Shown piece by piece: positions 33,501 to 48,500 of a stretch of DNA of 64,000 nt. The notes beneath the pieces were generated by a model. That model was not told the DNA's origin. It made no database searches and saw only the letters and a program-made list of their open reading frames with translations. Location of the stretch: positions 16,988,001 through 17,052,000 of the forward strand of contig OZ059899.1 in the NCBI GenBank assembly GCA_964057225.1, written 5' to 3'. This DNA is from Auanema rhodensis (taxonomy: Eukaryota > Animalia > Nematoda). Numbering within the stretch: the first letter of the stretch is position 1; every line of letters begins with the position of its first letter. The translations under genes and the position numbers were made by a program.

Positions 33501-36500
33501 AGCTAGCGCAAATCTGATAAAACAGATCGACGCAGCTTAAAAATCCGCATCGAATGCACTATACAACATTGAGAAACGCTTAATACAAAAATTAGTTATG
33601 ATCGTTTGAAAAATGATGCATTAGTGTATGTTGAGTTTCCATGTACACTCAACATTGCTTCCAAAAACATTTTGACAAAAATTTTTTCGAAAAATTTCAG
33701 AATATTTTAGCAAAAAATAGTTGTTTTTAGATTCCTTTTTTCAAGGCAAAGACGATGGACAATGTTATTCAACGAAAAAATTAATTCTGCAGGGTGAAAA
33801 TCGAGGATATAAGTGTGAACATATATCAGTTGATATCTCGGTGAATTTTTAAGCTAGCGCAAATCTGATAACACAGATCGACGCAGCTTAAAAATCCGCA
33901 TCGAATGCATCATACTACATTGAGAAACGCTTAATACAAAAATTAGTTATGATCGTTTGAAAAATGATGCATTAGTGTATGTTGAGTTTCCATGTACACT
34001 CAACATTGCTTCCAAAAACATTTTGACAAAAATTTTTTCGAAAAATTTCAGAATATTTTAGCAAAAAATAGTTGTTTTTAGATTCCTTTTTTCAAGGCAA
34101 AGACGATGGACAATGTTATTCAACGAAAAAATTAATTCTGCAGGGTGAAAATCGAGGATATAAGTGTGAACTTATATCAGTTGATATCTCGGTGAATTTT
34201 TAAGCTAGCGCAAATCTGATAACACAGATCGACGCAGCTTAAAAATCCACATCGAATGCACTATACAACATTGAGAAACGCTTAATACAAAAATTAGTTA
34301 TGATCGTTTGAAAAAAGACGCATTAGTGTATGTTGAGTTTCCATGTACACTCAACATTGCTTCCAAAAACATTTTGACAAAAATTTTTTCGAAAAATTTC
34401 AAAATAATTTCGCAAAAAGTAAATGTTTTTAGATTCCTTTTTCTAAGGCAAAGACGATGGACAATGTTATTCAACGAAAAAATTAATTCTGCAGGGTGAA
34501 AATCGAGGATATAAGTGTGAACTTATATCAGTTGATATCTCGGTGCATTTTTAAGCTAGCGCAAATCTGATAACACAGATCGACGCAGCTTAAAAATCCG
34601 CATCGAATGCACTATACTACATTGAGAAACGCTTAATACAAAAATTAGTTATGATCGTTTGAAAAATGATGCATTAGTGTATGTTGAGTTTCCATGTACA
34701 CTCAACATTGCTTCCAAAAACATTTTGACAAAAATTTTTTCGAAAAATTTCAAAATAATTTCGCAAAAAGTAAATGTTTTTAGATTCCTTTTTTTAAGGC
34801 AAAGACGATGGACAATGTTATTCAACGAAAAAATTAATTCTGCAGGGTGAAAATCGAGGATATAAGTGTGAACTTATATCAGTTGATATCTCGGTGCATT
34901 TTTAAGCTAGCGCAAATCTGATAACACAGATCGACGCAGCTTAAAAATCCGCATCGAATGCACTATACTACATTGAGAAACGCTTAATACAAAAATTAGT
35001 TATGATCGTTTGAAAAATGATGCATTAGTGTATGTTGAGTTTCCATGTACACTCAACATTGCTTCCAAAAACATTTTGACAAAAATTTTTTCGAAAAATT
35101 TCAAAATAATTTCGCAAAAAGTAAAAGTTTTTAGATTCCTTTTTTTAAGGCAAAGACGATGGACAATGTTATTCAACGAAAAAATTAATTCTGCAGGGTG
35201 AAAATCGAGGATATAAGTGTGAACATATATCAGTTGATATCTCGGTGCATTTTTAAGCTAGCGCAAATCTGATAACACAGATCGACGCAGCTTAAAAATC
35301 CGCATCGAATGCATTATACTACATTGAGAAACGCTTAATACAAAAATTAGTTATGATCGTTTGAAAAATGATGCATTAGTGTATGTTGAGTTTCCATGTA
35401 CACTCAACATTGCTTCCAAAAACATTTTGACAAAAATTTTTTCGAAAAATTTCAGAATATTTTAGCAAAAAATAGTTGTTTTTAGATTCCTTTTTTCAAG
35501 GCAAAGACGATGGACAATGTTATTCAACGAAAAAATTAATTCTGCAGGGTGAAAATCGAGGATATAAGTGTGAACTTATATCAGTTGATATCTCGGTGAA
35601 TTTTTAAGCTAGCGCAAATCTGATAACACAGATCGACGCAGCTTAAAAATCCACATCGAATGCACTATACAACATTGAGAAACGCTTAATACAAAAATTA
35701 GTTATGATCGTTTGAAAAAAGACGCATTAGTGTATGTTGAGTTTCCATGTACACTCAACATTGCTTCCAAAAACATTTTGACAAAAATTTTTTCGAAAAA
35801 TTTCAAAATAATTTCGCAAAAAGTAAATGTTTTTAGATTCCTTTTTTTAAGGCAAAGACGATGGACAATGTTATTCAACGAAAAAATTAATTCTGCAGGG
35901 TGAAAATCGAGGATATAAGTGTGAACTTATATCAGTTGATATCTCGGTGCATTTTTAAGCTAGCGCAAATCTGATAACACAGATCGACGCAGCTTAAAAA
36001 TCCGCATCGAATGCACTATACTACATTGAGAAACGCTTAATACAAAAATTAGTTATGATCGTTTGAAAAATGATGCATTAGTGTATGTTGAGTTTCCATG
36101 TACACTCAACATTGCTTCCAAAAACATTTTGACAAAAATTTTTTCGAAAAATTTCAAAATAATTTCGCAAAAAGTAAATGTTTTTAGATTCCTTTTTTTA
36201 AGGCAAAGACGATGGACAATGTTATTCAACGAAAAAATTAATTCTGCAGGGTGAAAATCGAGGATATAAGTGTGAACTTATATCAGTTGATATCTCGGTG
36301 CATTTTTAAGCTAGCGCAAATCTGATAACACAGATCGACGCAGCTTAAAAATCCGCATCGAATGCACTATACTACATTGAGAAACGCTTAATACAAAAAT
36401 TAGTTATGATCGTTTGAAAAATGATGCATTAGTGTATGTTGAGTTTCCATGTACACTCAACATTGCTTCCAAAAACATTTTGACAAAAATTTTTTCGAAA

Positions 36501-39500
36501 AATTTCAAAATAATTTCGCAAAAAGTAAATGTTTTTAGATTCCTTTTTTTAAGGCAAAGACGATGGACAATGTTATTCAACGAAAAAATTAATTCTGCAG
36601 GGTGAAAATCGAGGATATAAGTGTGAACTTATATCAGTTGATATCTCGGTGCATTTTTAAGCTAGCGCAAATCTGATAACACAGATCGACGCAGCTTAAA
36701 AATCCGCATCGAATGCACTATACTACATTGAGAAACGCTTAATACAAAAATTAGTTATGATCGTTTGAAAAATGATGCATTAGTGTATGTTGAGTTTCCA
36801 TGTATACTCAACATTGCTTCCAAAAACATTTTGACAAAAATTTTTTCGAAAAATTTCAAAATAATTTCGCAAAAAGTAAATGTTTTTAGATTCCTTTTTT
36901 TAAGGCAAAGACGATGGACAATGTTATTCAACGAAAAAATTAATTCTGCAGGGTGAAAATCGAGGATATAAGTGTGAACTTATATCAGTTGATATCTCGG
37001 TGCATTTTTAAGCTAGCGCAAATCTGATAACACAGATCGACGCAGCTTAAAAATCCGCATCGAATGCACTATACTACATTGAGAAACGCTTAATACAAAA
37101 ATTAGTTATGATCGTTTGAAAAATGATGCATTAGTGTATGTTGAGTTTCCATGTACACTCAACATTGCTTCCAAAAACATTTTGACAAAAATTTTTTCGA
37201 AAAATTTCAAAATAATTTCGCAAAAAGTAAATGTTTTTAGATTCCTTTTTTTAAGGCAAAGACGATGGACAATGTTATTCAACGAAAAAATTAATTCTGC
37301 AGGGTGAAAATCGAGGATATAAGTGTGAACTTATATCAGTTGATATCTCGGTGCATTTTTAAGCTAGCGCAAATCTGATAACACAGATCGACGCAGCTTA
37401 AAAATCCGCATCGAATGCACTATACTACATTGAGAAACGCTTAATACAAAAATTAGTTATGATCGTTTGAAAAATGATGCATTAGTGTATGTTGAGTTTC
37501 CATGTACACTCAACATTGCTTCCAAAAACATTTTGACAAAAATTTTTTCGAAAAATTTCAAAATAATTTCGCAAAAAGTAAATGTTTTTAGATTCCTTTT
37601 TTTAAGGCAAAGACGATGGACAATGTTATTCAACGAAAAAATTAATTCTGCAGGGTGAAAATCGAGGATATAAGTGTGAACATATATCAGTTGATATCTC
37701 GGTGAATTTTTAAGCTAGCGCAAATCTGATAACACAGATCGACGCAGCTTAAAAATCCGCATCGAATGCATCATACTACATTGAGAAACGCTTAATACAA
37801 AAATTAGTTATGATCGTTTGAAAAATGATGCATTAGTGTATGTTGAGTTTCCATGTACACTCAACATTGCTTCCAAAAACATTTTGACAAAAATTTTTTC
37901 GAAAAATTTCAGAATATTTTAGCAAAAAATAGTTGTTTTTAGATTCCTTTTTTCAAGGCAAAGACGATGGACAATGTTATTCAACGAAAAAATTAATTCT
38001 GCAGGGTGAAAATCGAGGATATAAGTGTGAACTTATATCAGTTGATATCTCGGTGAATTTTTAAGCTAGCGCAAATCTGATAAAACAGATCGACGCAGCT
38101 TAAAAATCCGCATCGAATGCACTATACAACATTGAGAAACGCTTAATACAAAAATTAGTTATGATCGTTTGAAAAAAGACGCATTAGTGTATGTTGAGTT
38201 TCCATGTACACTCAACATTGCTTCCAAAAACATTTTGACAAAAATTTTTTCGAAAAATTTCAGAATATTTTAGCAAAAAATAGTTGTTTTTAGATTCCTT
38301 TTTTCAAGGCAAAGACGATGGACAATGTTATTCAACGAAAAAATTAATTCTGCAGGGTGAAAATCGAGGATATAAGTGTGAACTTATATCAGTTGATATC
38401 TCGGTGCATTTTTAAGCTAGCGCAAATCTGATAACACAGATCGACGCAGCTTAAAAATCCGCATCGAATGCACTATACTACATTGAGAAACGCTTAATAC
38501 AAAAATTAGTTATGATCGTTTGAAAAATGATGCATTAGTGTATGTTGAGTTTCCATGTACACTCAACATTGCTTCCAAAAACATTTTGACAAAAATTTTT
38601 TCGAAAAATTTCAAAATAATTTCGCAAAAAGTAAATGTTTTTAGATTCCTTTTTTTAAGGCAAAGACGATGGACAATGTTATTCAACGAAAAAATTAATT
38701 CTGCAGGGTGAAAATCGAGGATATAAGTGTGAACATATATCAGTTGATATCTCGGTGAATTTTTAAGCTAGCGCAAATCTGATAACACAGATCGACGCAG
38801 CTTAAAAATCCGCATCGAATGCATCATACTACATTGAGAAACGCTTAATACAAAAATTAGTTATGATCGTTTGAAAAATGATGCATTAGTGTATGTTGAG
38901 TTTCCATGTACACTCAACATTGCTTCCAAAAACATTTTGACAAAAATTTTTTCGAAAAATTTCAGAATATTTTAGCAAAAAATAGTTGTTTTTAGATTCC
39001 TTTTTTCAAGGCAAAGACGATGGACAATGTTATTCAACGAAAAAATTAATTCTGCAGGGTGAAAATCGAGGATATAAGTGTGAACTTATATCAGTTGATA
39101 TCTCGGTGAATTTTTAAGCTAGCGCAAATCTGATAACACAGATCGACGCAGCTTAAAAATCCGCATGGAATGCACTATACAACATTGAAAAACGCTTAAT
39201 ACAAAAATTAGTTATGATCGTTTGAAAAAAGACGCATTAGTGTATGTTGAGTTTCCATGTACACTCAACATTGCTTCCAAAAACATTTTGACAAAAATTT
39301 TTTCGAAAAATTTCAAAATAATTTCGCAAAAAGTAAATGTTTTTAGATTCCTTTTTTTAAGGCAAAGACGATGGACAATGTTATTCAACGAAAAAATTAA
39401 TTCTGCAGGGTGAAAATCGAGGATATAAGTGTGAACTTATATCAGTTGATAGCTCGGTGAATTTTTAAGCTAGCGCAAATCTGATAACACAGATCGACGC

Positions 39501-42500
39501 AGCTTAAAAATCCGCATGGAATGCACTATACAACATTGAGAAACGCTTAATACAAAAATTAGTTATGATCGTTTGAAAAATGATGCATTAGTGTATGTTG
39601 AGTTTCCATGTACACTCAACATTGCTTCCAAAAACATTTTGACAAAAATTTTTTCGAAAAATTTCAAAATAATTTCGCAAAAAGTAAATGTTTTTAGATT
39701 CCTTTTTTTAAGGCAAAGACGATGGACAATGTTATTCAACGAAAAAATTAATTCTGCAGGGTGAAAATCGAGGATATAAGTGTGAACTTATATCAGTTGA
39801 TATCTCGGTGCATTTTTAAGCTAGCGCAAATCTGATAACACAGATCGACGCAGCTTAAAAATCCGCATCGAATGCACTATACTACATTGAGAAACGCTTA
39901 ATACAAAAATTAGTTATGATCGTTTGAAAAATGATGCATTAGTGTATGTTGAGTTTCCATGTATACTCAACATTGCTTCCAAAAACATTTTGACAAAAAT
40001 TTTTTCGAAAAATTTCAAAATAATTTCGCAAAAAGTAAATGTTTTTAGATTCCTTTTTTTAAGGCAAAGACGATGGACAATGTTATTCAACGAAAAAATT
40101 AATTCTGCAGGGTGAAAATCGAGGATATAAGTGTGAACTTATATCAGTTGATATCTCGGTGCATTTTTAAGCTAGCGCAAATCTGATAACACAGATCGAC
40201 GCAGCTTAAAAATCCGCATCGAATGCACTATACTACATTGAGAAACGCTTAATACAAAAATTAGTTATGATCGTTTGAAAAATGATGCATTAGTGTATGT
40301 TGAGTTTCCATGTACACTCAACATTGCTTCCAAAAACATTTTGACAAAAATTTTTTCGAAAAATTTCAAAATAATTTCGCAAAAAGTAAATGTTTTTAGA
40401 TTCCTTTTTTTAAGGCAAAGACGATGGACAATGTTATTCAACGAAAAAATTAATTCTGCAGGGTGAAAATCGAGGATATAAGTGTGAACTTATATCAGTT
40501 GATATCTCGGTGCATTTTTAAGCTAGCGCAAATCTGATAACACAGATCGACGCAGCTTAAAAATCCGCATCGAATGCACTATACTACATTGAGAAACGCT
40601 TAATACAAAAATTAGTTATGATCGTTTGAAAAATGATGCATTAGTGTATGTTGAGTTTCCATGTACACTCAACATTGCTTCCAAAAACATTTTGACAAAA
40701 ATTTTTTCGAAAAATTTCAAAATAATTTCGCAAAAAGTAAATGTTTTTAGATTCCTTTTTTTAAGGCAAAGACGATGGACAATGTTATTCAACGAAAAAA
40801 TTAATTCTGCAGGGTGAAAATCGAGGATATAAGTGTGAACATATATCAGTTGATATCTCGGTGAATTTTTAAGCTAGCGCAAATCTGATAACACAGATCG
40901 ACGCAGCTTAAAAATCCGCATCGAATGCATCATACTACATTGAGAAACGCTTAATACAAAAATTAGTTATGATCGTTTGAAAAATGATGCATTAGTGTAT
41001 GTTGAGTTTCCATGTACACTCAACATTGCTTCCAAAAACATTTTGACAAAAATTTTTTCGAAAAATTTCAGAATATTTTAGCAAAAAATAGTTGTTTTTA
41101 GATTCCTTTTTTCAAGGCAAAGACGATGGACAATGTTATTCAACGAAAAAATTAATTCTGCAGGGTGAAAATCGAGGATATAAGTGTGAACTTATATCAG
41201 TTGATATCTCGGTGAATTTTTAAGCTAGCGCAAATCTGATAAAACAGATCGACGCAGCTTAAAAATCCGCATCGAATGCACTATACAACATTGAGAAACG
41301 CTTAATACAAAAATTAGTTATGATCGTTTGAAAAAAGACGCATTAGTGTATGTTGAGTTTCCATGTACACTCAACATTGCTTCCAAAAACATTTTGACAA
41401 AAATTTTTTCGAAAAATTTCAGAATATTTTAGCAAAAAATAGTTGTTTTTAGATTCCTTTTTTCAAGGCAAAGACGATGGACAATGTTATTCAACGAAAA
41501 AATTAATTCTGCAGGGTGAAAATCGAGGATATAAGTGTGAACTTATATCAGTTGATATCTCGGTGCATTTTTAAGCTAGCGCAAATCTGATAACACAGAT
41601 CGACGCAGCTTAAAAATCCGCATCGAATGCACTATACTACATTGAGAAACGCTTAATACAAAAATTAGTTATGATCGTTTGAAAAATGATGCATTAGTGT
41701 ATGTTGAGTTTCCATGTACACTCAACATTGCTTCCAAAAACATTTTGACAAAAATTTTTTCGAAAAATTTCAAAATAATTTCGCAAAAAGTAAATGTTTT
41801 TAGATTCCTTTTTTTAAGGCAAAGACGATGGACAATGTTATTCAACGAAAAAATTAATTCTGCAGGGTGAAAATCGAGGATATAAGTGTGAACATATATC
41901 AGTTGATATCTCGGTGAATTTTTAAGCTAGCGCAAATCTGATAACACAGATCGACGCAGCTTAAAAATCCGCATCGAATGCATCATACTACATTGAGAAA
42001 CGCTTAATACAAAAATTAGTTATGATCGTTTGAAAAATGATGCATTAGTGTATGTTGAGTTTCCATGTACACTCAACATTGCTTCCAAAAACATTTTGAC
42101 AAAAATTTTTTCGAAAAATTTCAGAATATTTTAGCAAAAAATAGTTGTTTTTAGATTCCTTTTTTCAAGGCAAAGACGATGGACAATGTTATTCAACGAA
42201 AAAATTAATTCTGCAGGGTGAAAATCGAGGATATAAGTGTGAACTTATATCAGTTGATATCTCGGTGAATTTTTAAGCTAGCGCAAATCTGATAACACAG
42301 ATCGACGCAGCTTAAAAATCCGCATGGAATGCACTATACAACATTGAGAAACGCTTAATACAAAAATTAGTTATGATCGTTTGAAAAAAGACGCATTAGT
42401 GTATGTTGAGTTTCCATGTACACTCAACATTGCTTCCAAAAACATTTTGACAAAAATTTTTTCGAAAAATTTCAAAATAATTTCGCAAAAAGTAAATGTT

Positions 42501-45500
42501 TTTAGATTCCTTTTTTTAAGGCAAAGACGATGGACAATGTTATTCAACGAAAAAATTAATTCTGCAGGGTGAAAATCGAGGATATAAGTGTGAACTTATA
42601 TCAGTTGATAGCTCGGTGAATTTTTAAGCTAGCGCAAATCTGATAAAACAGATCGACGCAGCTTAAAAATCCGCATCGAATGCACTATACAACATTGAGA
42701 AACGCTTAATACAAAAATTAGTTATGATCGTTTGAAAAAAGACGCATTAGTGTATGTTGAGTTTCCATGTACACTCAACATTGCTTCCAAAAACATTTTG
42801 ACAAAAATTTTTTCGAAAAATTTCAAAATAATTTCGCAAAAAGTAAATGTTTTTAGATTCCTTTTTTTAAGGCAAAGACGATGGACAATGTTATTCAACG
42901 AAAAAATTAATTCTGCAGGGTGAAAATCGAGGATATAAGTGTGAACTTATATCAGTTCATATCTCGGTGCATTTTTAAGCTAGCGCAAATCTGATAACAC
43001 AGATCGACGCAGCTTAAAAATCCGCATCGAATGCACTATACTACATTGAGAAACGCTTAATACAAAAATTAGTTATGATCGTTTGAAAAAAGACGCATTA
43101 GTGTATGTTGAGTTTCCATGTACACTCAACATTGCTTCCAAAAACATTTTGACAAAAATTTTTTCGAAAAATTTCAAAATAATTTCGCAAAAAGTAAATG
43201 TTTTTAGATTCCTTTTTTTAAGGCAAAGACGATGGACAATGTTATTCAACGAAAAAATTAATTCTGCAGGGTGAAAATCGAGGATATAAGTGTGAACTTA
43301 TATCAGTTGATATCTCGGTGCATTTTTAAGCTAGCGCAAATCTGATAACACAGATCGACGCAGCTTAAAAATCCGCATCGAATGCACTATACTACATTGA
43401 GAAACGCTTAATACAAAAATTAGTTATGATCGTTTGAAAAATGATGCATTAGTGTATGTTGAGTTTCCATGTACACTCAACATTGCTTCCAAAAACATTT
43501 TGACAAAAATTTTTTCGAAAAATTTCAAAATAATTTCGCAAAAAGTAAATGTTTTTAGATTCCTTTTTTTAAGGCAAAGACGATGGACAATGTTATTCAA
43601 CGAAAAAATTAATTCTGCAGGGTGAAAATCGAGGATATAAGTGTGAACTTATATCAGTTGATATCTCGGTGCATTTTTAAGCTAGCGCAAATCTGATAAC
43701 ACAGATCGACGCAGCTTAAAAATCCGCATCGAATGCACTATACTACATTGAGAAACGCTTAATACAAAAATTAGTTATGATCGTTTGAAAAATGATGCAT
43801 TAGTGTATGTTGAGTTTCCATGTACACTCAACATTGCTTCCAAAAACATTTTGACAAAAATTTTTTCGAAAAATTTCAAAATAATTTCGCAAAAAGTAAA
43901 TGTTTTTAGATTCCTTTTTTTAAGGCAAAGACGATGGACAATGTTATTCAACGAAAAAATTAATTCTGCAGGGTGAAAATCGAGGATATAAGTGTGAACT
44001 TATATCAGTTGATATCTCGGTGCATTTTTAAGCTAGCGCAAATCTGATAACACAGATCGACGCAGCTTAAAAATCCGCATCGAATGCACTGTACAACATT
44101 GAGAAACGCCCAATACAAAAATTAGTTATGATCGTTTGGAAAATGATGCATTAGTGTATGTTGAGTTTCCATGTACACTCAACATTGCTTCCAAAAACAT
44201 TTTGACAAAAATTTTTTCGAAAAATTTCAGAATATTTTAGCAAAAAATAGTTGTTTTTAGATTCCTTTTTTCAAGGCAAAGACGATGGACAATGTTATTC
44301 AACGAAAAAATTAATTCTGCAGGGTGAAAATCGAGGATATAAGTGTGAACTTATATCAGTTGATATCTCGGTGAATTTTTAAGCTAGCGCAAATCTGATA
44401 AAACAGATCGACGCAGCTTAAAAATCCGCATCGAATGCACTATACAACATTGAGAAACGCTTAATACAAAAATTAGTTATGATCGTTTGAAAAAAGACGC
44501 ATTAGTGTATGTTGAGTTTCCATGTACACTCAACATTGCTTCCAAAAACATTTTGACAAAAATTTTTTCGAAAAATTTCAGAATATTTTAGCAAAAAATA
44601 GTTGTTTTTAGATTCCTTTTTTCAAGGCAAAGACGATGGACAATGTTATTCAACGAAAAAATTAATTCTGCAGGGTGAAAATCGAGGATATAAGTGTGAA
44701 CATATATCAGTTGATATCTCGGTGAATTTTTAAGCTAGCGCAAATCTGATAACACAGATCGACGCAGCTTAAAAATCCGCATCGAATGCATCATACTACA
44801 TTGAGAAACGCTTAATACAAAAATTAGTTATGATCGTTTGAAAAATGATGCATTAGTGTATGTTGAGTTTCCATGTACACTCAACATTGCTTCCAAAAAC
44901 ATTTTGACAAAAATTTTTTCGAAAAATTTCAGAATATTTTAGCAAAAAATAGTTGTTTTTAGATTCCTTTTTTCAAGGCAAAGACGATGGACAATGTTAT
45001 TCAACGAAAAAATTAATTCTGCAGGGTGAAAATCGAGGATATAAGTGTGAACTTATATCAGTTGATATCTCGGTGAATTTTTAAGCTAGCGCAAATCTGA
45101 TAACACAGATCGACGCAGCTTAAAAATCCGCATGGAATGCACTATACAACATTGAGAAACGCTTAATACAAAAATTAGTTATGATCGTTTGAAAAAAGAC
45201 GCATTAGTGTATGTTGAGTTTCCATGTACACTCAACATTGCTTCCAAAAACATTTTGACAAAAATTTTTTCGAAAAATTTCAGAATATTTTAGCAAAAAA
45301 TAGTTGTTTTTAGATTCCTTTTTTCAAGGCAAAGACGATGGACAATGTTATTCAACGAAAAAATTAATTCTGCAGGGTGAAAATCGAGGATATAAGTGTG
45401 AACTTATATCAGTTGATAGCTCGGTGAATTTTTAAGCTAGCGCAAATCTGATAAAACAGATCGACGCAGCTTAAAAATCCGCATCGAATGCACTATACAA

Positions 45501-48500
45501 CATTGAGAAACGCTTAATACAAAAATTAGTTATGATCGTTTGAAAAAAGACGCATTAGTGTATGTTGAGTTACCATGTACACTCAACATTGCTTCCAAAA
45601 ACATTTTGACAAAAATTTTTTCGAAAAATTTCAGAATATTTTAGCAAAAAATAGTTGTTTTTAGATTCCTTTTTTCAAGGCAAAGACGATGGACAATGTT
45701 ATTCAACGAAAAAATTAATTCTGCAGGGTGAAAATCGAGGATATAAGTGTGAACATATATCAGTTGATATCTCGGTGAATTTTTAAGCTAGCGCAAATCT
45801 GATAACACAGATCGACGCAGCTTAAAAATCCGCATCGAATGCACTATACAACATTGAGAAACGCTTAATACAAAAATTAGTTATGATCGTTTGAAAAAAG
45901 ACGCATTAGTGTATGTTGAGTTTCCATGTACACTCAACATTGCTTCCAAAAACATTTTGACAAAAATTTTTTCGAAAAATTTCAAAAAAATTTCGCAAAA
46001 AGTAAATGTTTTTAGATTCCTTTTTTTAAGGCAAACACGATGGACAATGTTATTCAACGAAAAAATTAATTCTGCAGGGTGAAAATCGAGGATATAAGTG
46101 TGAACTTATATCAGTTGATATCTCGGTGCATTTTTAAGCTAGCGCAAATCTGATAACACAGATCGACGCAGCTTAAAAATCCGCATCGAATGCACTATAC
46201 TACATTGAGAAACGCTTGATACAAAAATTAGTTATGATCGTTTGAAAAATGATGCATTAGTGTATGTTGAGTTTCCATGTACACTCAACATAGCTTCCAA
46301 AAACATTTTGACAAAAATTTTCCCGAAAAATTTCAAGATAATTTCACAAAAAGTAGATGTTTTTAGATTCATTTTTTCAAGGCAAAGATGATGGACAATG
46401 TTATTCAACGAAAAAATTAAATCTTCAGGGTGAAAATCGAGGAAGTTCACACTTATATCAGTTGATATCTTGGTGCATTTTTAAGCTAGCGCAAATCTGA
46501 TAACACAGATCGACGCAGCTTAAAAATCCGCATCGAATGCACTATACTACATTGAGAAACGCTTGATACAAAAATTAGTTATGATCGTTTGAAAAATGAT
46601 GCATTAGTGTATGTTGAGTTTCCATGTACACTCAACATAGCTTCCAAAAACATTTTGACAAAAATTTTCCCGAAAAATTTCAAGATAATTTCACAAAAAG
46701 TAGATGTTTTTAGATTCATTTTTTCAAGGCAAAGATGATGGACAATGTTATTCAACGAAAAAATTAAATCTTCAGGGTGAAAATCGAGGAAGTTCACACT
46801 TATATCAGTTGATATCTCGGTGCATTTTTAAGATAGCGCAAATCTGATAACATAGATCGACGCAGCTTAAAAATCCGCATCGAATGCACTATACTACATT
46901 GAGAAACGCCCAATACAAAAATTAGTTATGATCGTTTGGAAAATGATGCATTAGTGTATGTTGAGTTTCCATGTACACTCAACATTGCTTCCAAAAACAT
47001 TTTGACAAAAATTTTTTCGAAAAATTTCAGAATATTTTAGCAAAAAATAGTTGTTTTTAGATTCCTTTTTTCAAGGCAAAGACGATGGACAATGTTATTC
47101 AACGAAAAAATTAATTCTGCAGGGTGAAAATCGAGGATATAAGTGTGAACTTATATCAGTTGATATCTCGGTGAATTTTTAAGCTAGCGCAAATCTGATA
47201 ACACAGATCGACGCAGCTTAAAAATCCGCATCGAATGCACTATACAACATTGAGAAACGCTTAATACAAAAGTTAGTTATGATCGTTTGGAAAATGATGC
47301 ATTAGTGTATGTTGAGTTTCCATGTACACTCAACATTGCTTCCAAAAACATTTTGACAAAAATTTTTTCGAAAAATTTCAAAATAATTTCGCAAAAAGTA
47401 AATGTTTTTAGATTCCTTTTTTTAAGGCAAAGACGATGGACAATGTTATTCAACGAAAAAATTAATTCTGCAGGGTGAAAATCGAGGATATAAGTGTGAA
47501 CTTATATCAGTTGATATCTCGGTGCATTTTTAAGCTAGCGCAAATCTGATAACACAGATCGACGCAGCTTAAAAATCCGCATCGAATGCACTATACAACA
47601 TTGAGAAACGCTTAATACAAAAATTAGTTATGATCGTTTGAAAAATGATGCATTAGTGTATGTTGAGTTTCCATGTACACTCAACATAGCTTCCAAAAAC
47701 ATTTTGACAAAAATTTTCCCGAAAAATTTCAAGATAATTTCACAAAAAGTAGATGTTTTTAGATTCATTTTTTCAAGGCAAAGATGATGGACAATGTTAT
47801 TCAACGAAAAAATTAAATCTTCAGGGTGAAAATCGAGGAAGTTCACACTTATATCAGTTGATATCTCGGTGCATTTTTAAGCTAGCGCAAATCTGATAAC
47901 ACAGATCGACGCAGCTTAAAAATCCGCATCGAATGCACTATACTACATTGAGAAACGCTTGATACAAAAATTAGTTATGATCGTTTGAAAAATGATGCAT
48001 TAGTGTATGTTGAGTTTCCATGTACACTCAACATAGCTTCCAAAAACATTTTGACAAAAATTTTCCCGAAAAATTTCAAGATAATTTCACAAAAAGTAGA
48101 TGTTTTTAGATTCATTTTTTCAAGGCAAAGATGATGGACAATGTTATTCAACGAAAAAATTAAATCTTCAGGGTGAAAATCGAGGAAGTTCACACTTATA
48201 TCAGTTGATATCTCGGTGCATTTTTAAGATAGCGCAAATCTGATAACATAGATCGACGCAGCTTAAAAATCCGCATCGAATGCACTATACTACATTGAGA
48301 AACGCTCAATACAAAAATTAGTTATAATCGTTTGAAAAATGATGCATTAGTGTATGTTGAGTTTCCATGTACACTCAACATTGCTTCCAAAAACATTTTG
48401 ACAAAAATTTTTCCGAAAAATTTCGAAATAATTTCGCAAAAAGTAGATGTTTTTAGATTCATTTTTTCAAGACAAAGACGATGGACATTGTTATTCAACG

